Assembly (NCBI GenBank): GCA_016285445.1
Contig: JAEEQV010000001.1
Span: 1-50,909 of the forward strand
Length of the DNA stretch: 50,909 bases
Reading direction: 5' to 3'
Origin: Bacteroidales bacterium
Lineage (GTDB): Bacteria; Bacteroidota; Bacteroidia; Bacteroidales; UBA1715
This document shows positions 11,041 to 19,276 of the stretch, piece after piece (the stretch's first letter is position 1; each line of letters opens with the position of its first letter). A program made the translations under genes and the position numbers. Below the pieces are notes generated by a model, which was given only the letters and a program-made list of their open reading frames with translations, was not told the origin of the DNA and made no database searches.

Positions 11041-11215
11041 AAAATCATTTTTATAGTTTTTGCAAAGAAAAACAATCTCTACGAAATACAACAATTAAAT
11101 AGATAAATATCTACAAACACACGATTTTTCAATCGTATCGTACGGGGAAAGTCGTATTTTCAACACCAATCACAAAAAAAATCCTGAAAAAAATGCAGTT
11201 TTATAATTAAATCTC

Positions 11216-11223
11216 TACCTTTG
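11216..11223 (+). promoter_or_regulatory. Bacteroidota -7 promoter box TACCTTTG
   Basis: Matches TAnnTTTG, 54 nt upstream of the DUF1987 ATG. Confidence 0.35.
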
Positions 11224-11277
11224 TAGAGGTATAAAATTCAAATAGGCGAGATTCGTTTTCTCATCAAAGGTAGGTAT

Positions 11278-11652
11278 ATGGAAAATTATTTCATTGAAGG
11301 AACAGAAGATACTCCGCAAATAAACTTTAATGCGGAAACGCACACATTCACGGTTTCTGGACGTTCTTTACCCGAAAATGCGATTGATTTCTATGCGCCC
11401 ATCTTAGAGTGGATTGACACCACGTTAAACGAAAATGACGCGATGGATTTTATATTTGAGGTTAAAATCGAATACTTCAACACCTCATCGTCAAAGCAGT
11501 TGGCAAAACTTTTCCTTACCATTGAAAAATACGTCGACAAACACAACGTTACCGTTCATTGGTTCTACGAGAAAGAAGATTTGGACATGCTTATGTCAGG
11601 AAATCAATACTCGAAATTCCTGAAAATGAACTTTAAATTCATAGAATACTAA
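11278..11652 (+). CDS. DUF1987 / SiaC-family protein
   Basis: 124 aa. Motifs GTEDTPQINF, SGRSLPENAIDFYAPILEWI and YFNTSSSKQL match my recollection of the DUF1987 family. Confidence 0.75.
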   Translation: MENYFIEGTEDTPQINFNAETHTFTVSGRSLPENAIDFYAPILEWIDTTLNENDAMDFIFEVKIEYFNTSSSKQLAKLFLTIEKYVDKHNVTVHWFYEKEDLDMLMSGNQYSKFLKMNFKFIEY

Positions 11653-11656
11653 TTTC

Positions 11657-12673
11657 ATGCTCAACTACATTATTTGGAACGTCAATCCTGAAATCATCAG
11701 CGGATTTCATGTTCGTTGGTATGGATTATTTTTCGGTATAGGATTTTTCTTGTCGTATTGGTGTTTGCGAAAAATTTTTGTTCGCGAGCAACTCACCGTT
11801 AACGATGCCGATAATCTGACATTTACCACATTTTTCTTCTTGTTGATTGGCTTGCGACTGGGCCATTGCCTCTTTTACGAGCCGTCGGTCTATCTTGCCG
11901 ACCCAATCCGAATCTTGTATGTTTGGGAAGGTGGTTTGGCGAGTCACGGAGGAGCAATCGGACTTGCGTTGGCATTTTGGTGGTTTTCACGAAAAGTTGG
12001 GCGACCTTTCTTGTGGGTAATGTCGCGAGCAGCCGTGGTTATTCCCATAACAGCGTTTTTTGTAAGAATGGGTAATCTTATGAATTCCGAAATTTATGGT
12101 ATCGCAACCTCGCTTCCGTGGGGATTCGTATTCGTCCGCGACGCTGTGATTCAAACAAATGCGTCGGAACTTACCAACATTATGGCACAAGCAGGTCTTG
12201 TGGCTACAGATTCTATGCAGACGCTACAGGCATTTTTGTCGAATTGCTTACCCGACACGGCGGTGTCGTTCGAGAGTCTGCGTGATATTTTGCTGAAATA
12301 CAACTTTTTAGAGCAGAGCCAAGTCAATACGTTGATTGACACTTGTGTGCAAGCAAATTTGCTTACGACCAACCATCCAACTCAAATTTACGAAGCGCTC
12401 ACATACTTGGCAACGGGAGGAATCCTTATTGCATATTACCAACTTCGGGCAAAACACAACAAGCCGATTTCCACTTATGTGATTTTGGCTATCACGTTTT
12501 TGATGATTTTTGCGACACGATTCTGTTTTGAGTTCATTAAGAACAAACAAGTTGATTTTGAAGAAAATATGTCACTCGACATGGGTCAATGGCTCAGCGT
12601 GCCGTTTATTTTGTGTGGCATTTACTTTGTCGTGATGGCAATTCTCGAAAAACGCAAAGCAACGCAAGCATAA
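11657..12673 (+). CDS. lgt: prolipoprotein diacylglyceryl transferase paralog 1 (divergent, with an insertion)
   Basis: Carries the Lgt motifs RWYGLFF, LGHCLFYEP, WEGGLASHGGAIG, RMGNLMNSEIYG and HPTQIYEAL. About 64 extra residues sit between WGFVF and HPTQIYE (roughly 12134-12373). Confidence 0.85.
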   Translation: MLNYIIWNVNPEIISGFHVRWYGLFFGIGFFLSYWCLRKIFVREQLTVNDADNLTFTTFFFLLIGLRLGHCLFYEPSVYLADPIRILYVWEGGLASHGGAIGLALAFWWFSRKVGRPFLWVMSRAAVVIPITAFFVRMGNLMNSEIYGIATSLPWGFVFVRDAVIQTNASELTNIMAQAGLVATDSMQTLQAFLSNCLPDTAVSFESLRDILLKYNFLEQSQVNTLIDTCVQANLLTTNHPTQIYEALTYLATGGILIAYYQLRAKHNKPISTYVILAITFLMIFATRFCFEFIKNKQVDFEENMSLDMGQWLSVPFILCGIYFVVMAILEKRKATQA

Positions 12674-12674
12674 G

Positions 12675-13493
12675 ATGAATCTTGCTTTTATCGTATGGAA
12701 TGTTTCACCCTACGTGTATCGGTTTTCCGACACATACGCCATTCGTTGGTATGGGATTTTATTCGCCCTTGCGTTTGTAATTGCCTATTATATTGCTTTT
12801 TTTATTTGTAGAAAGGAGCAAATTCCTGAGCGTCACATAAACAAACTTGCCATTGCGTGCGTGCTTGGCGGCGTGCTTGGTGCGAGACTTGGGCATTGCC
12901 TATTTTACGAGCCAATGTATTATTTGAGTAACCCTATCAAGATATTGCATATTTGGGAAGGTGGAATGGCAAGTCACGGCGGTGCTTTGGGCGTTATAAT
13001 CGCTCTTTTGTGCGTTTCTTCAAAAGAATACCCATTCTCAAGAAATCTTGCCCGTGCGCTTATGGTTATTCCGCTTGCCGGCGTGTTTTTTCGCTGGGGA
13101 AATCTTATGAACTCCGAAATCTACGGAGAGCCGACTTCGCTGCCCTGGGGTTTTATCTTTGAAAGTAGTCCCGAGGTTTTACGAGGCAGAGAAGAGGCCG
13201 TTCCCCGTCACCCGACACAGATTTATGAAATGATTTGCTACTTTTCGTTATTCGTGGTTTATATGCTACACTGTTGGAAACGACTACGTAACGGCAAACC
13301 CATTTCAGATTCCTTTATTATTGGAATGTTTGGCGTATGGGTGTTTGGTGGCCGATTTTTGATAGAATTCCTCAAAATGCCCCAAGTTGCCTTTGAGCAA
13401 GGATTACCACTCAATATGGGACAAATTCTCAGTTTGCCGTTTATTATTTGGGGAGGGATAGCGTTGATAAAAAATATTTACAACTCATTATAA
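12675..13493 (+). CDS. lgt: prolipoprotein diacylglyceryl transferase paralog 2 (canonical length)
   Basis: 272 aa with motifs RWYGILF, LGHCLFYEP, WEGGMASHGGALG, RWGNLMNSEIYG and PRHPTQIYEM. It starts 1 nt after the paralog 1 stop. Confidence 0.92.
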   Translation: MNLAFIVWNVSPYVYRFSDTYAIRWYGILFALAFVIAYYIAFFICRKEQIPERHINKLAIACVLGGVLGARLGHCLFYEPMYYLSNPIKILHIWEGGMASHGGALGVIIALLCVSSKEYPFSRNLARALMVIPLAGVFFRWGNLMNSEIYGEPTSLPWGFIFESSPEVLRGREEAVPRHPTQIYEMICYFSLFVVYMLHCWKRLRNGKPISDSFIIGMFGVWVFGGRFLIEFLKMPQVAFEQGLPLNMGQILSLPFIIWGGIALIKNIYNSL

Positions 13494-14473
13494 TCCCCTA
13501 CACTCAATTCATCAGCTGAACGAAACATTTTTACCGAATTTCCGACCATGGAATTCGTAATGTTTACATTGGCCAAATTGCTATTGGTTTGAATAATGGA
13601 ATTTGAAACCACGGAATGAGTGATTTTTGTTCCCTCTCCTACCGAAACATACGGTCCAACTACAGAATTTTCGATTTTTACACCAGCAGCAATACAACAT
13701 GGTTCAATAATCTGAGAATTAACTATTTTCACATCCTTTGAAATAGAACTACCGCAATTCACAAGAACACGTTGGTTTGTTTGTACCGTTGCATTTTTGT
13801 TACCGCAATCAAGCCATTCATTCACTTGGCCAGTATAGAATTTCAGACCTTTGTTTTTCATATTTTCCAATGCATCGGTCAATTGATATTCTGTACCTTT
13901 AATTACATTATTATCAATTAAATACTGTAATTCTGCACGAAGATTTTTTCCATCTTTGAAGTAATAAATTCCAATTATTGCCAAATCGGAAACAAAATCC
14001 TTCGGTTTTTCAACAAAATCGGTAATCATTCCATCGTTATTCAATTTTACAACACCGAATGCTGACGGATCATCAACTTTTTGTACCCAAATAATTGAAT
14101 CTTTCGATGTATCAAGATTGAAATCAGCAATAAACAACGTATCGGCAAATGCCACAACCACATTATCACACAAAGAATCGCCAGCACATAAAATTGCGTG
14201 GGCCGTACCTTTTGGTTCTTCCTGATAACATATTTTTCCAGTTGCACCCAAAGATTTTGCAATGTCGAGCAACATTTTCTCAACTTCTGCACCAAAACTT
14301 GGATGAATAATGAATGCTATTTCATCAATTTGCTGTTTACACACACGTGAAATATCTTCAACTAAACGTTGTACAATAGGTTTTCCTGCTACAGGAATCA
14401 ATGGTTTTGGAATAGAAAGCGTATGGGGACGCATACGTTTACCCATACCAGCCATAGGAATAATCAAATTCAT
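13478..14473 (-). CDS. sugar-phosphate nucleotidyltransferase with a C-terminal left-handed beta-helix
   Basis: The N-terminus (MNLIIPMAGMGKRMRPHTLSIPKPLIPVAGKPIV) is an NTP-transferase G-rich loop. The C-terminus has hexapeptide-like repeats. Confidence 0.85.
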   Translation of the reverse strand: MNLIIPMAGMGKRMRPHTLSIPKPLIPVAGKPIVQRLVEDISRVCKQQIDEIAFIIHPSFGAEVEKMLLDIAKSLGATGKICYQEEPKGTAHAILCAGDSLCDNVVVAFADTLFIADFNLDTSKDSIIWVQKVDDPSAFGVVKLNNDGMITDFVEKPKDFVSDLAIIGIYYFKDGKNLRAELQYLIDNNVIKGTEYQLTDALENMKNKGLKFYTGQVNEWLDCGNKNATVQTNQRVLVNCGSSISKDVKIVNSQIIEPCCIAAGVKIENSVVGPYVSVGEGTKITHSVVSNSIIQTNSNLANVNITNSMVGNSVKMFRSADELSVGDYNEL

Positions 14474-14480
14474 ATTTTTA

Positions 14481-14493
14481 TTTTTTTTTTTTT
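14481..14493. repeat. homopolymer T13 (A13 on the minus strand) in the 5' leader of the nucleotidyltransferase gene
   Basis: 13 consecutive T, ending 7 nt from the start codon at 14473 (8 nt to the A of the ATG). Confidence 0.95.
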
Positions 14494-14497
14494 AATG

Positions 14498-14525
14498 GTA
14501 GAGACGATGTGCATATCGTCTCTAC
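14498..14525. repeat. palindromic extragenic repeat, copy 1 (GTAGAGACGAT-GTGCAT-ATCGTCTCTAC), probable terminator of dut
   Basis: 11-bp perfect arms, 24 nt downstream of the dut stop. A near-identical copy lies at 46656-46685. Confidence 0.85.
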
Positions 14526-14548
14526 AAACCATAATTCTTAATTTTTAA

Positions 14549-14983
14549 CTATTTAACGCCTGTGTGGCCAAATCCGCCTTCACCACGAACAGTTTCCGAA
14601 AGTTCCTCAACTTCCACTATTTCTGCTTTGGCATATTGAGCAATCACCATCTGGCAAATTCGTTCACCATCGTTGATAGTAAATGGTTCACTCGACAAGT
14701 TGGCCAATATTGCTTTAATCTCGCCACGATAATCCGCATCAATTGTTCCAGGAGAATTCAACACTGTGATACCAAATTTGGCAGCCAAACCACTACGTGG
14801 CCGAATTTGTGCCTCATAGCCTTCGGGCAATTCAATAAATAAACCTGTAGGCACAATTGCACGTTGCATAGGAGCAAGCACAATAGGTTCTTCAATATTC
14901 GCACGTAAATCCATTCCAGCAGAATATTCGGTAGAATATGCTGGCAATTGATGTTTTGATTTGTTTACAATCTTCAATTTCAT
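14549..14983 (-). CDS. dut: dUTP diphosphatase
   Basis: 144 aa with motifs [28 protein letters not shown] and GGFGHTG. Confidence 0.96.
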   Translation of the reverse strand: MKLKIVNKSKHQLPAYSTEYSAGMDLRANIEEPIVLAPMQRAIVPTGLFIELPEGYEAQIRPRSGLAAKFGITVLNSPGTIDADYRGEIKAILANLSSEPFTINDGERICQMVIAQYAKAEIVEVEELSETVRGEGGFGHTGVK

Positions 14984-15579
14984 CTCAAATAATTTTTGTG
15001 AAAATTATATAATTTTTGGAATAGACCAACAAGTTTGTCTTGTCTGTTTTTAACATTTTGTTATGGGTTACCAAACACACATCACTATTATTTTATTATT
15101 TTTTCTTTATTTAAAGAATTCAATGATAAATATAATATGACTGTTAATTAGTTTCTATTTTTTTTAGATTTCTCTTGTTTTGAACATAAAAAGAAAGTTA
15201 AGAACAAATATAAACATGTTATGAAACTCGTATTTTTTTGAAAATCAGCAATAATCTATAATTATGAACAAGTGTCGTTAAATACAGATAAACACATGAT
15301 TGTTTACTTCTTTTTTTTATTTTTATTGTTTGTTTTTATGTTTATAATTCCTCAATCAAAATCTCTATTTTTTTTGTAAGATTAAAATTCTTGTTTACGG
15401 TAGCATTTTTTATTTCTTCCAAATATTTTAACATTTTTTTATAAGAAAACTTATCCACTAAAAAATGTGTGTTGTAAACAGAAATAAACAAACACATAAA
15501 CAATAAATTTTAAAGTAACTACAAAAAACAAATATACAAAAATTCTTTGTACTTTGCTTGAATAAAAAGTAAATATAGA

Positions 15580-16113
15580 ATGACAACGAATGATTTTATA
15601 TGTCAGATTAATAAAGAAGGTATTTATCTGAATATGACCGAAAAAGTTGCCTTGATAGAAACAGGTGAAATTTCGGTTAAAGATGTGTTTCATATAGTTA
15701 CATCAAATAAGGAACCTGAAGCGTTCTATGCTTGCTGGATTTTGAATCATTATGTTGACAATCATGCTTTTGTTTTGGAGAATGATTTGAACGAAGCAGT
15801 TGAATTATTGCCAAATATAAAAAGAAGTGGTTTATTAAGATTGGTGTTACGCTTATTTGTCATTACTCCTAATTGGAAAATTGAAAAATTAGGTTTGTTG
15901 TTGGATTTTTGTATGAATTGTTTGACAAATATGACTATTCCCGTTGGTGTTAAAACACATGCAATGTCAATTATTGATAGAATTGCTGAAACCGAACCTG
16001 AAATTCGTGATGAGGTTTTGCTTGTTGTCGAAGAAATTTTTCCATACCTATCAACAGGCGGAAAAAACAGAGCGGGGAAAATGATAAAAAAATATAAGAG
16101 TACAAGTCGTTAA
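15580..16113 (+). CDS. hypothetical protein, predicted all-helical (HEAT/ARM-like)
   Basis: 177-aa ORF in a low-GC stretch. No motif I can name with confidence. The start could also be the internal ATG at 15634. Confidence 0.55.
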   Translation: MTTNDFICQINKEGIYLNMTEKVALIETGEISVKDVFHIVTSNKEPEAFYACWILNHYVDNHAFVLENDLNEAVELLPNIKRSGLLRLVLRLFVITPNWKIEKLGLLLDFCMNCLTNMTIPVGVKTHAMSIIDRIAETEPEIRDEVLLVVEEIFPYLSTGGKNRAGKMIKKYKSTSR

Positions 16114-16586
16114 TGTGCGAACTTTGCATACATGTATGAATCGTACAAAATGCCGTCAATAAGGAAATTCTTGCGTAGAATGCCTTCACGTTCGAATCCG
16201 AGTGATTCAAACAATTGTACCGAAGTTGTGTTTTCCGTGCAAATTTGTGCTTCCACTCGCACAATTCCTTGCGAGAATAGGCGTGAAACCAATGTTTGTA
16301 GTAACTCTTTCGCAAATCCGCAATGCTGATATGCTTCCAAGACAACTATGGTGACCGAGGCTGTCACATGCTTGGGGACAAGATGTGCCGAGGCGAATCC
16401 TACAAAAGTGCCGTTCTCGTAGCCGGCAATAGAGATTCGTTGCTCGTCGGCAACCCAGTTTTGCAATGAAGAGTCTTTGAGCGTTTCACAGTAGTCCAAA
16501 TCGGTGTAATGCAACAATTTTTTGTTTGAGAAAATTGCCAATAAATCGTCAAAAGCACTATGAAATTCAATAATTTGCATTACCAT
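16110..16586 (-). CDS. GNAT family N-acetyltransferase
   Basis: 158 aa with a GNAT core (VVLEAYQHCGFAKELLQTL...LFESLGFEREGILR). Confidence 0.85.
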   Translation of the reverse strand: MVMQIIEFHSAFDDLLAIFSNKKLLHYTDLDYCETLKDSSLQNWVADEQRISIAGYENGTFVGFASAHLVPKHVTASVTIVVLEAYQHCGFAKELLQTLVSRLFSQGIVRVEAQICTENTTSVQLFESLGFEREGILRKNFLIDGILYDSYMYAKFAH

Positions 16587-17074
16587 CTGTCATATTCTAT
16601 TACGGAAAGATTTTTGGGCGTTCCGTTTTCAATTCCAAGTTCTATCATTGTTCGTTTTTGATGAAAGCCCGTTTTCCCGATTGCTCCGGGGTTGATGTGC
16701 AGCAAATTCAGTTTGGCGTCGTTCATCACCTTTAATATGTGGGAATGCCCGCTGATGAAAATGTTTGGCTTATATGAAAGAATCTCTTGTTTTACCGAGG
16801 GTTCATATTTCCCAGGATAGCCGCCTATGTGTGTCATCAGCACTTTCAAACCGTCACACTCGAACGTGGCGATTTTCGGAATACGAATGCGCAAATCCTG
16901 CCCGTCAATGTTGCCATACACGGCGTGAACTGTCGTAATTCCTTGCAATTGTTCCAGCACCTGCAACGAGCCAATATCGCCCGAATGCCAGATTTCGTCA
17001 GCCGCCCTTGCGTGGTTCAAAATCGCCTCGTCTAAATAATTGTGCGTATCGGAAAGAATAAGAATCTTTTTCAT
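16580..17074 (-). CDS. metallophosphoesterase, YfcE/MJ0936 family
   Basis: 164 aa with motifs LILSDTHN, HSGDIG, GNIDG and SGHSH. Confidence 0.88.
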   Translation of the reverse strand: MKKILILSDTHNYLDEAILNHARAADEIWHSGDIGSLQVLEQLQGITTVHAVYGNIDGQDLRIRIPKIATFECDGLKVLMTHIGGYPGKYEPSVKQEILSYKPNIFISGHSHILKVMNDAKLNLLHINPGAIGKTGFHQKRTMIELGIENGTPKNLSVIEYDRW

Positions 17075-17090
17075 TTGTTTGAAATTGTAA

Positions 17091-17098
17091 CAAAAGTA
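17091..17098 (-). promoter_or_regulatory. -7 box (TACTTTTG on the minus strand) for the phosphoesterase/GNAT operon
   Basis: CAAAAGTA on the plus strand is TAnnTTTG on the minus strand, 17 nt upstream of the ATG at 17074. Confidence 0.4.
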
Positions 17099-17112
17099 AG
17101 TGTTTTTTTATG

Positions 17113-17120
17113 TACTTTTG
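17113..17120 (+). promoter_or_regulatory. -7 box TACTTTTG for yebC-purU
   Basis: TAnnTTTG, 23 nt upstream of the ATG at 17143. Confidence 0.4.
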
Positions 17121-17142
17121 CACGAACTTAAATAAAATTCGT

Positions 17143-17895
17143 ATGTCAGGTCATAGTAAATGGGCAAAAATTAAGAGAGACAAAGGAGCGAATGACTCTA
17201 AGCGAAGCAAGATATTCTCTCGTATTTCGAAGGAAATCACTATTGCGGTGAAAGAAGGTCAATGTGGCGACCCTGATATGAATCCGCGTTTGCGTCTTTG
17301 CATTCAGAACGCAAAAAGTCAGAATATGCCGAAAGAGGTTATCGAGCGTGCCATAAACAAGGGTAAGCAAGATAAATCCGATTTCGAGTTGTTGACATAC
17401 GAGGGCTACGCAAATGGCGGTGTTGCCGTGTTTGTGGAATGTTTGAGCGACAACAACAATCGTTCTTATACTGCTGTTCGCACGTGTTTCAAGAAATACA
17501 ACAACAGTTTGGGCAACAACGGTTCCTTGGCGTTCATTTTCGATAGAAAAGGCGTGTTCGAAATCAAGAAAAGCGCTATTCCTATGCCGCTGGACGAGTT
17601 CGAATTTGAGTTGATTGACTCAGGTTTGGACGAAATGGATGCCGAAGACGAGGAAATCGTTACATTATATTGTCCGTACGATTCTTTCGGCGAAATGCAG
17701 AAAAAGCTTGAAGAATTGAAAATTGAAATCGACAATGCAGAACTGAAGCAAATTCCAAATACGACAAAGGAATTGCCGTTGGAAGATGCTCAGAAAGTGA
17801 TGAACTTTGTCGATGCTTTGGAAGAAATTGATGACGTGAGTGCGGTATATCACAATCTTGAAATTACCGACGAATTAGCAAATACATTGGGATAA
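17143..17895 (+). CDS. yebC: YebC/PmpR family DNA-binding transcriptional regulator
   Basis: MSGHSKWAKIKRDKGANDSKRSKIFSRISKEI is the canonical YebC N-terminus. I trimmed the start from 17110 to the ATG at 17143. Confidence 0.93.
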   Translation: MSGHSKWAKIKRDKGANDSKRSKIFSRISKEITIAVKEGQCGDPDMNPRLRLCIQNAKSQNMPKEVIERAINKGKQDKSDFELLTYEGYANGGVAVFVECLSDNNNRSYTAVRTCFKKYNNSLGNNGSLAFIFDRKGVFEIKKSAIPMPLDEFEFELIDSGLDEMDAEDEEIVTLYCPYDSFGEMQKKLEELKIEIDNAELKQIPNTTKELPLEDAQKVMNFVDALEEIDDVSAVYHNLEITDELANTLG

Positions 17896-18764
17896 TGGAA
17901 AACAAATCGCAAAATACGGCGACTATTTTGGCTCATTGCAAGGACCAGAAGGGTATTGTGATGGCAGTCACCGACTTTATATTGAAAAACAACGGAAACA
18001 TTCTGTATTTGGATCAACACGTTGACCGTCAGGAATCGGAGTTCTTTATGCGTGTGCAATGGGACTTGGATGGATTTAACATTCCTACCGAGAAAATCGG
18101 CGACTATTTCACGACGTTGGTTGCAAAACCGTCGAAGATGTCGTTCGAGATTCATTTTTCAAATACGAAACAGCGTTTGGCAATCTTCGTGTCGAATCTC
18201 TCGCACTGTATTTACGACATTCTTTCACGTGCCCGTTCTGGCGAGTGGGACATTGAAGTTCCGCTTATCATAAGCAATCACGAAAAACTTCGTCATATTG
18301 CCGAGGAATTCAATATCCCATATTATTGTTTGCCAATCACGCCAGAAAACAAGTTGGAGCAAGAGGCAAAAATCAAGAAATTGCTTCGCGAAAACAATAT
18401 CGACTTGGTGATTCTTGCGCGCTATATGCAAGTGGTGTCTGACTCATTTATAAAAGATTACACCAATAGAATCATCAACATTCACCATTCGTTCTTACCT
18501 GCATTTCCAGGTGCGAAACCTTACGAATCGGCGTATGCCCGTGGCGTGAAACTGATTGGTGCTACCAGCCACTACGTAACTCCCGAACTTGATGCCGGTC
18601 CGATTATAGCACAAGGCGTAACCCAAGTTTCGCATAAGGATACGGTTGAAAACATGAAACGTAAGGGTTTGGATTTGGAGAAGATAGTGCTTTCAAAAGC
18701 TATTTGGTCGCATATTCAGCATAAAACATTGGTATTCAATAACAAGACTATTGTTTTTGAATAA
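17895..18764 (+). CDS. purU: formyltetrahydrofolate deformylase
   Basis: 289 aa with an N-terminal ACT-like domain and a formyltransferase core (NIHHSFLPAFPGAKPY, HYVTPELDAGPII). Overlaps the yebC stop by 1 nt. Confidence 0.93.
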   Translation: MENKSQNTATILAHCKDQKGIVMAVTDFILKNNGNILYLDQHVDRQESEFFMRVQWDLDGFNIPTEKIGDYFTTLVAKPSKMSFEIHFSNTKQRLAIFVSNLSHCIYDILSRARSGEWDIEVPLIISNHEKLRHIAEEFNIPYYCLPITPENKLEQEAKIKKLLRENNIDLVILARYMQVVSDSFIKDYTNRIINIHHSFLPAFPGAKPYESAYARGVKLIGATSHYVTPELDAGPIIAQGVTQVSHKDTVENMKRKGLDLEKIVLSKAIWSHIQHKTLVFNNKTIVFE

Positions 18765-18836
18765 CCCTTTTTTACGAAAAGACATGATAAATTTGTAGAA
18801 AAACTGCAAATTTGTTACTCGTTTTGTTTCTTTTTG

Positions 18837-18844
18837 TATGTTTG
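18837..18844 (+). promoter_or_regulatory. -7 box TATGTTTG
   Basis: TAnnTTTG, 31 nt upstream of the ATG at 18875. Confidence 0.4.
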
Positions 18845-18874
18845 TAATGACGAATTTTGAAAAATTGTAAGAAA

Positions 18875-19276
18875 ATGAAAAAAATATTCTTCGGTTTATT
18901 GTTTGTTATCGTTGTTGGGATAGTGTTGACTTTTGTTTTCTCAAATACAAAAATAATTCAAAAAAACACGGTAAGAGATGTCATTGAAAACGCTGTAGAA
19001 CTTGACAAACGCGATGTGAAAGTTACTTTGAAGGGTGTCATCTCTTCACCAATATCACAAAAGAAAAAACGCTTTTGGTTTGAAGACAGTACTGGACAGG
19101 TTATCATAGAGGTAAAATCACATCTTATGCCAATGGTTCCTTCAGACAACACAGTTCAAATTGAGATTCGTGGCGAAGTTGATTCTGAAATTGACGATGG
19201 CGAAGGCGTAAAAATCGAAGTTGACGAACTAATTCTTGACGAAGGCGAACCGAACGAGGAAGAGTTTATGATGTAA
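18875..19276 (+). CDS. membrane-anchored YgiW/BOF-like OB-fold protein with an acidic tail
   Basis: It has an N-terminal TM/signal segment (MKKIFFGLLFVIVVGIVLTFVF), an OB-like core (VKVTLKGVI...FWFEDSTGQVIIEV) and an acidic C-terminus. The ORF-track start at 18857 is TTG, so I used the ATG at 18875. Confidence 0.6.
   Translation: MKKIFFGLLFVIVVGIVLTFVFSNTKIIQKNTVRDVIENAVELDKRDVKVTLKGVISSPISQKKKRFWFEDSTGQVIIEVKSHLMPMVPSDNTVQIEIRGEVDSEIDDGEGVKIEVDELILDEGEPNEEEFMM

Noticed and set aside
15451-15693. 80-aa minus-strand ORF in the AT-rich gap
   Set aside because: Its extreme F, I, Y and N composition comes from AT-rich DNA. It overlaps the start of the plus-strand 177-aa ORF and has no supporting signals.
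16110-16586. GNAT acetyltransferase as a TacT/AtaT-type toxin
   Set aside because: No small RHH or DUF1778 antitoxin gene is adjacent. The gene overlaps and is co-oriented with a metallophosphoesterase, and the sequence looks like an ordinary RimJ/RimL-type GNAT.
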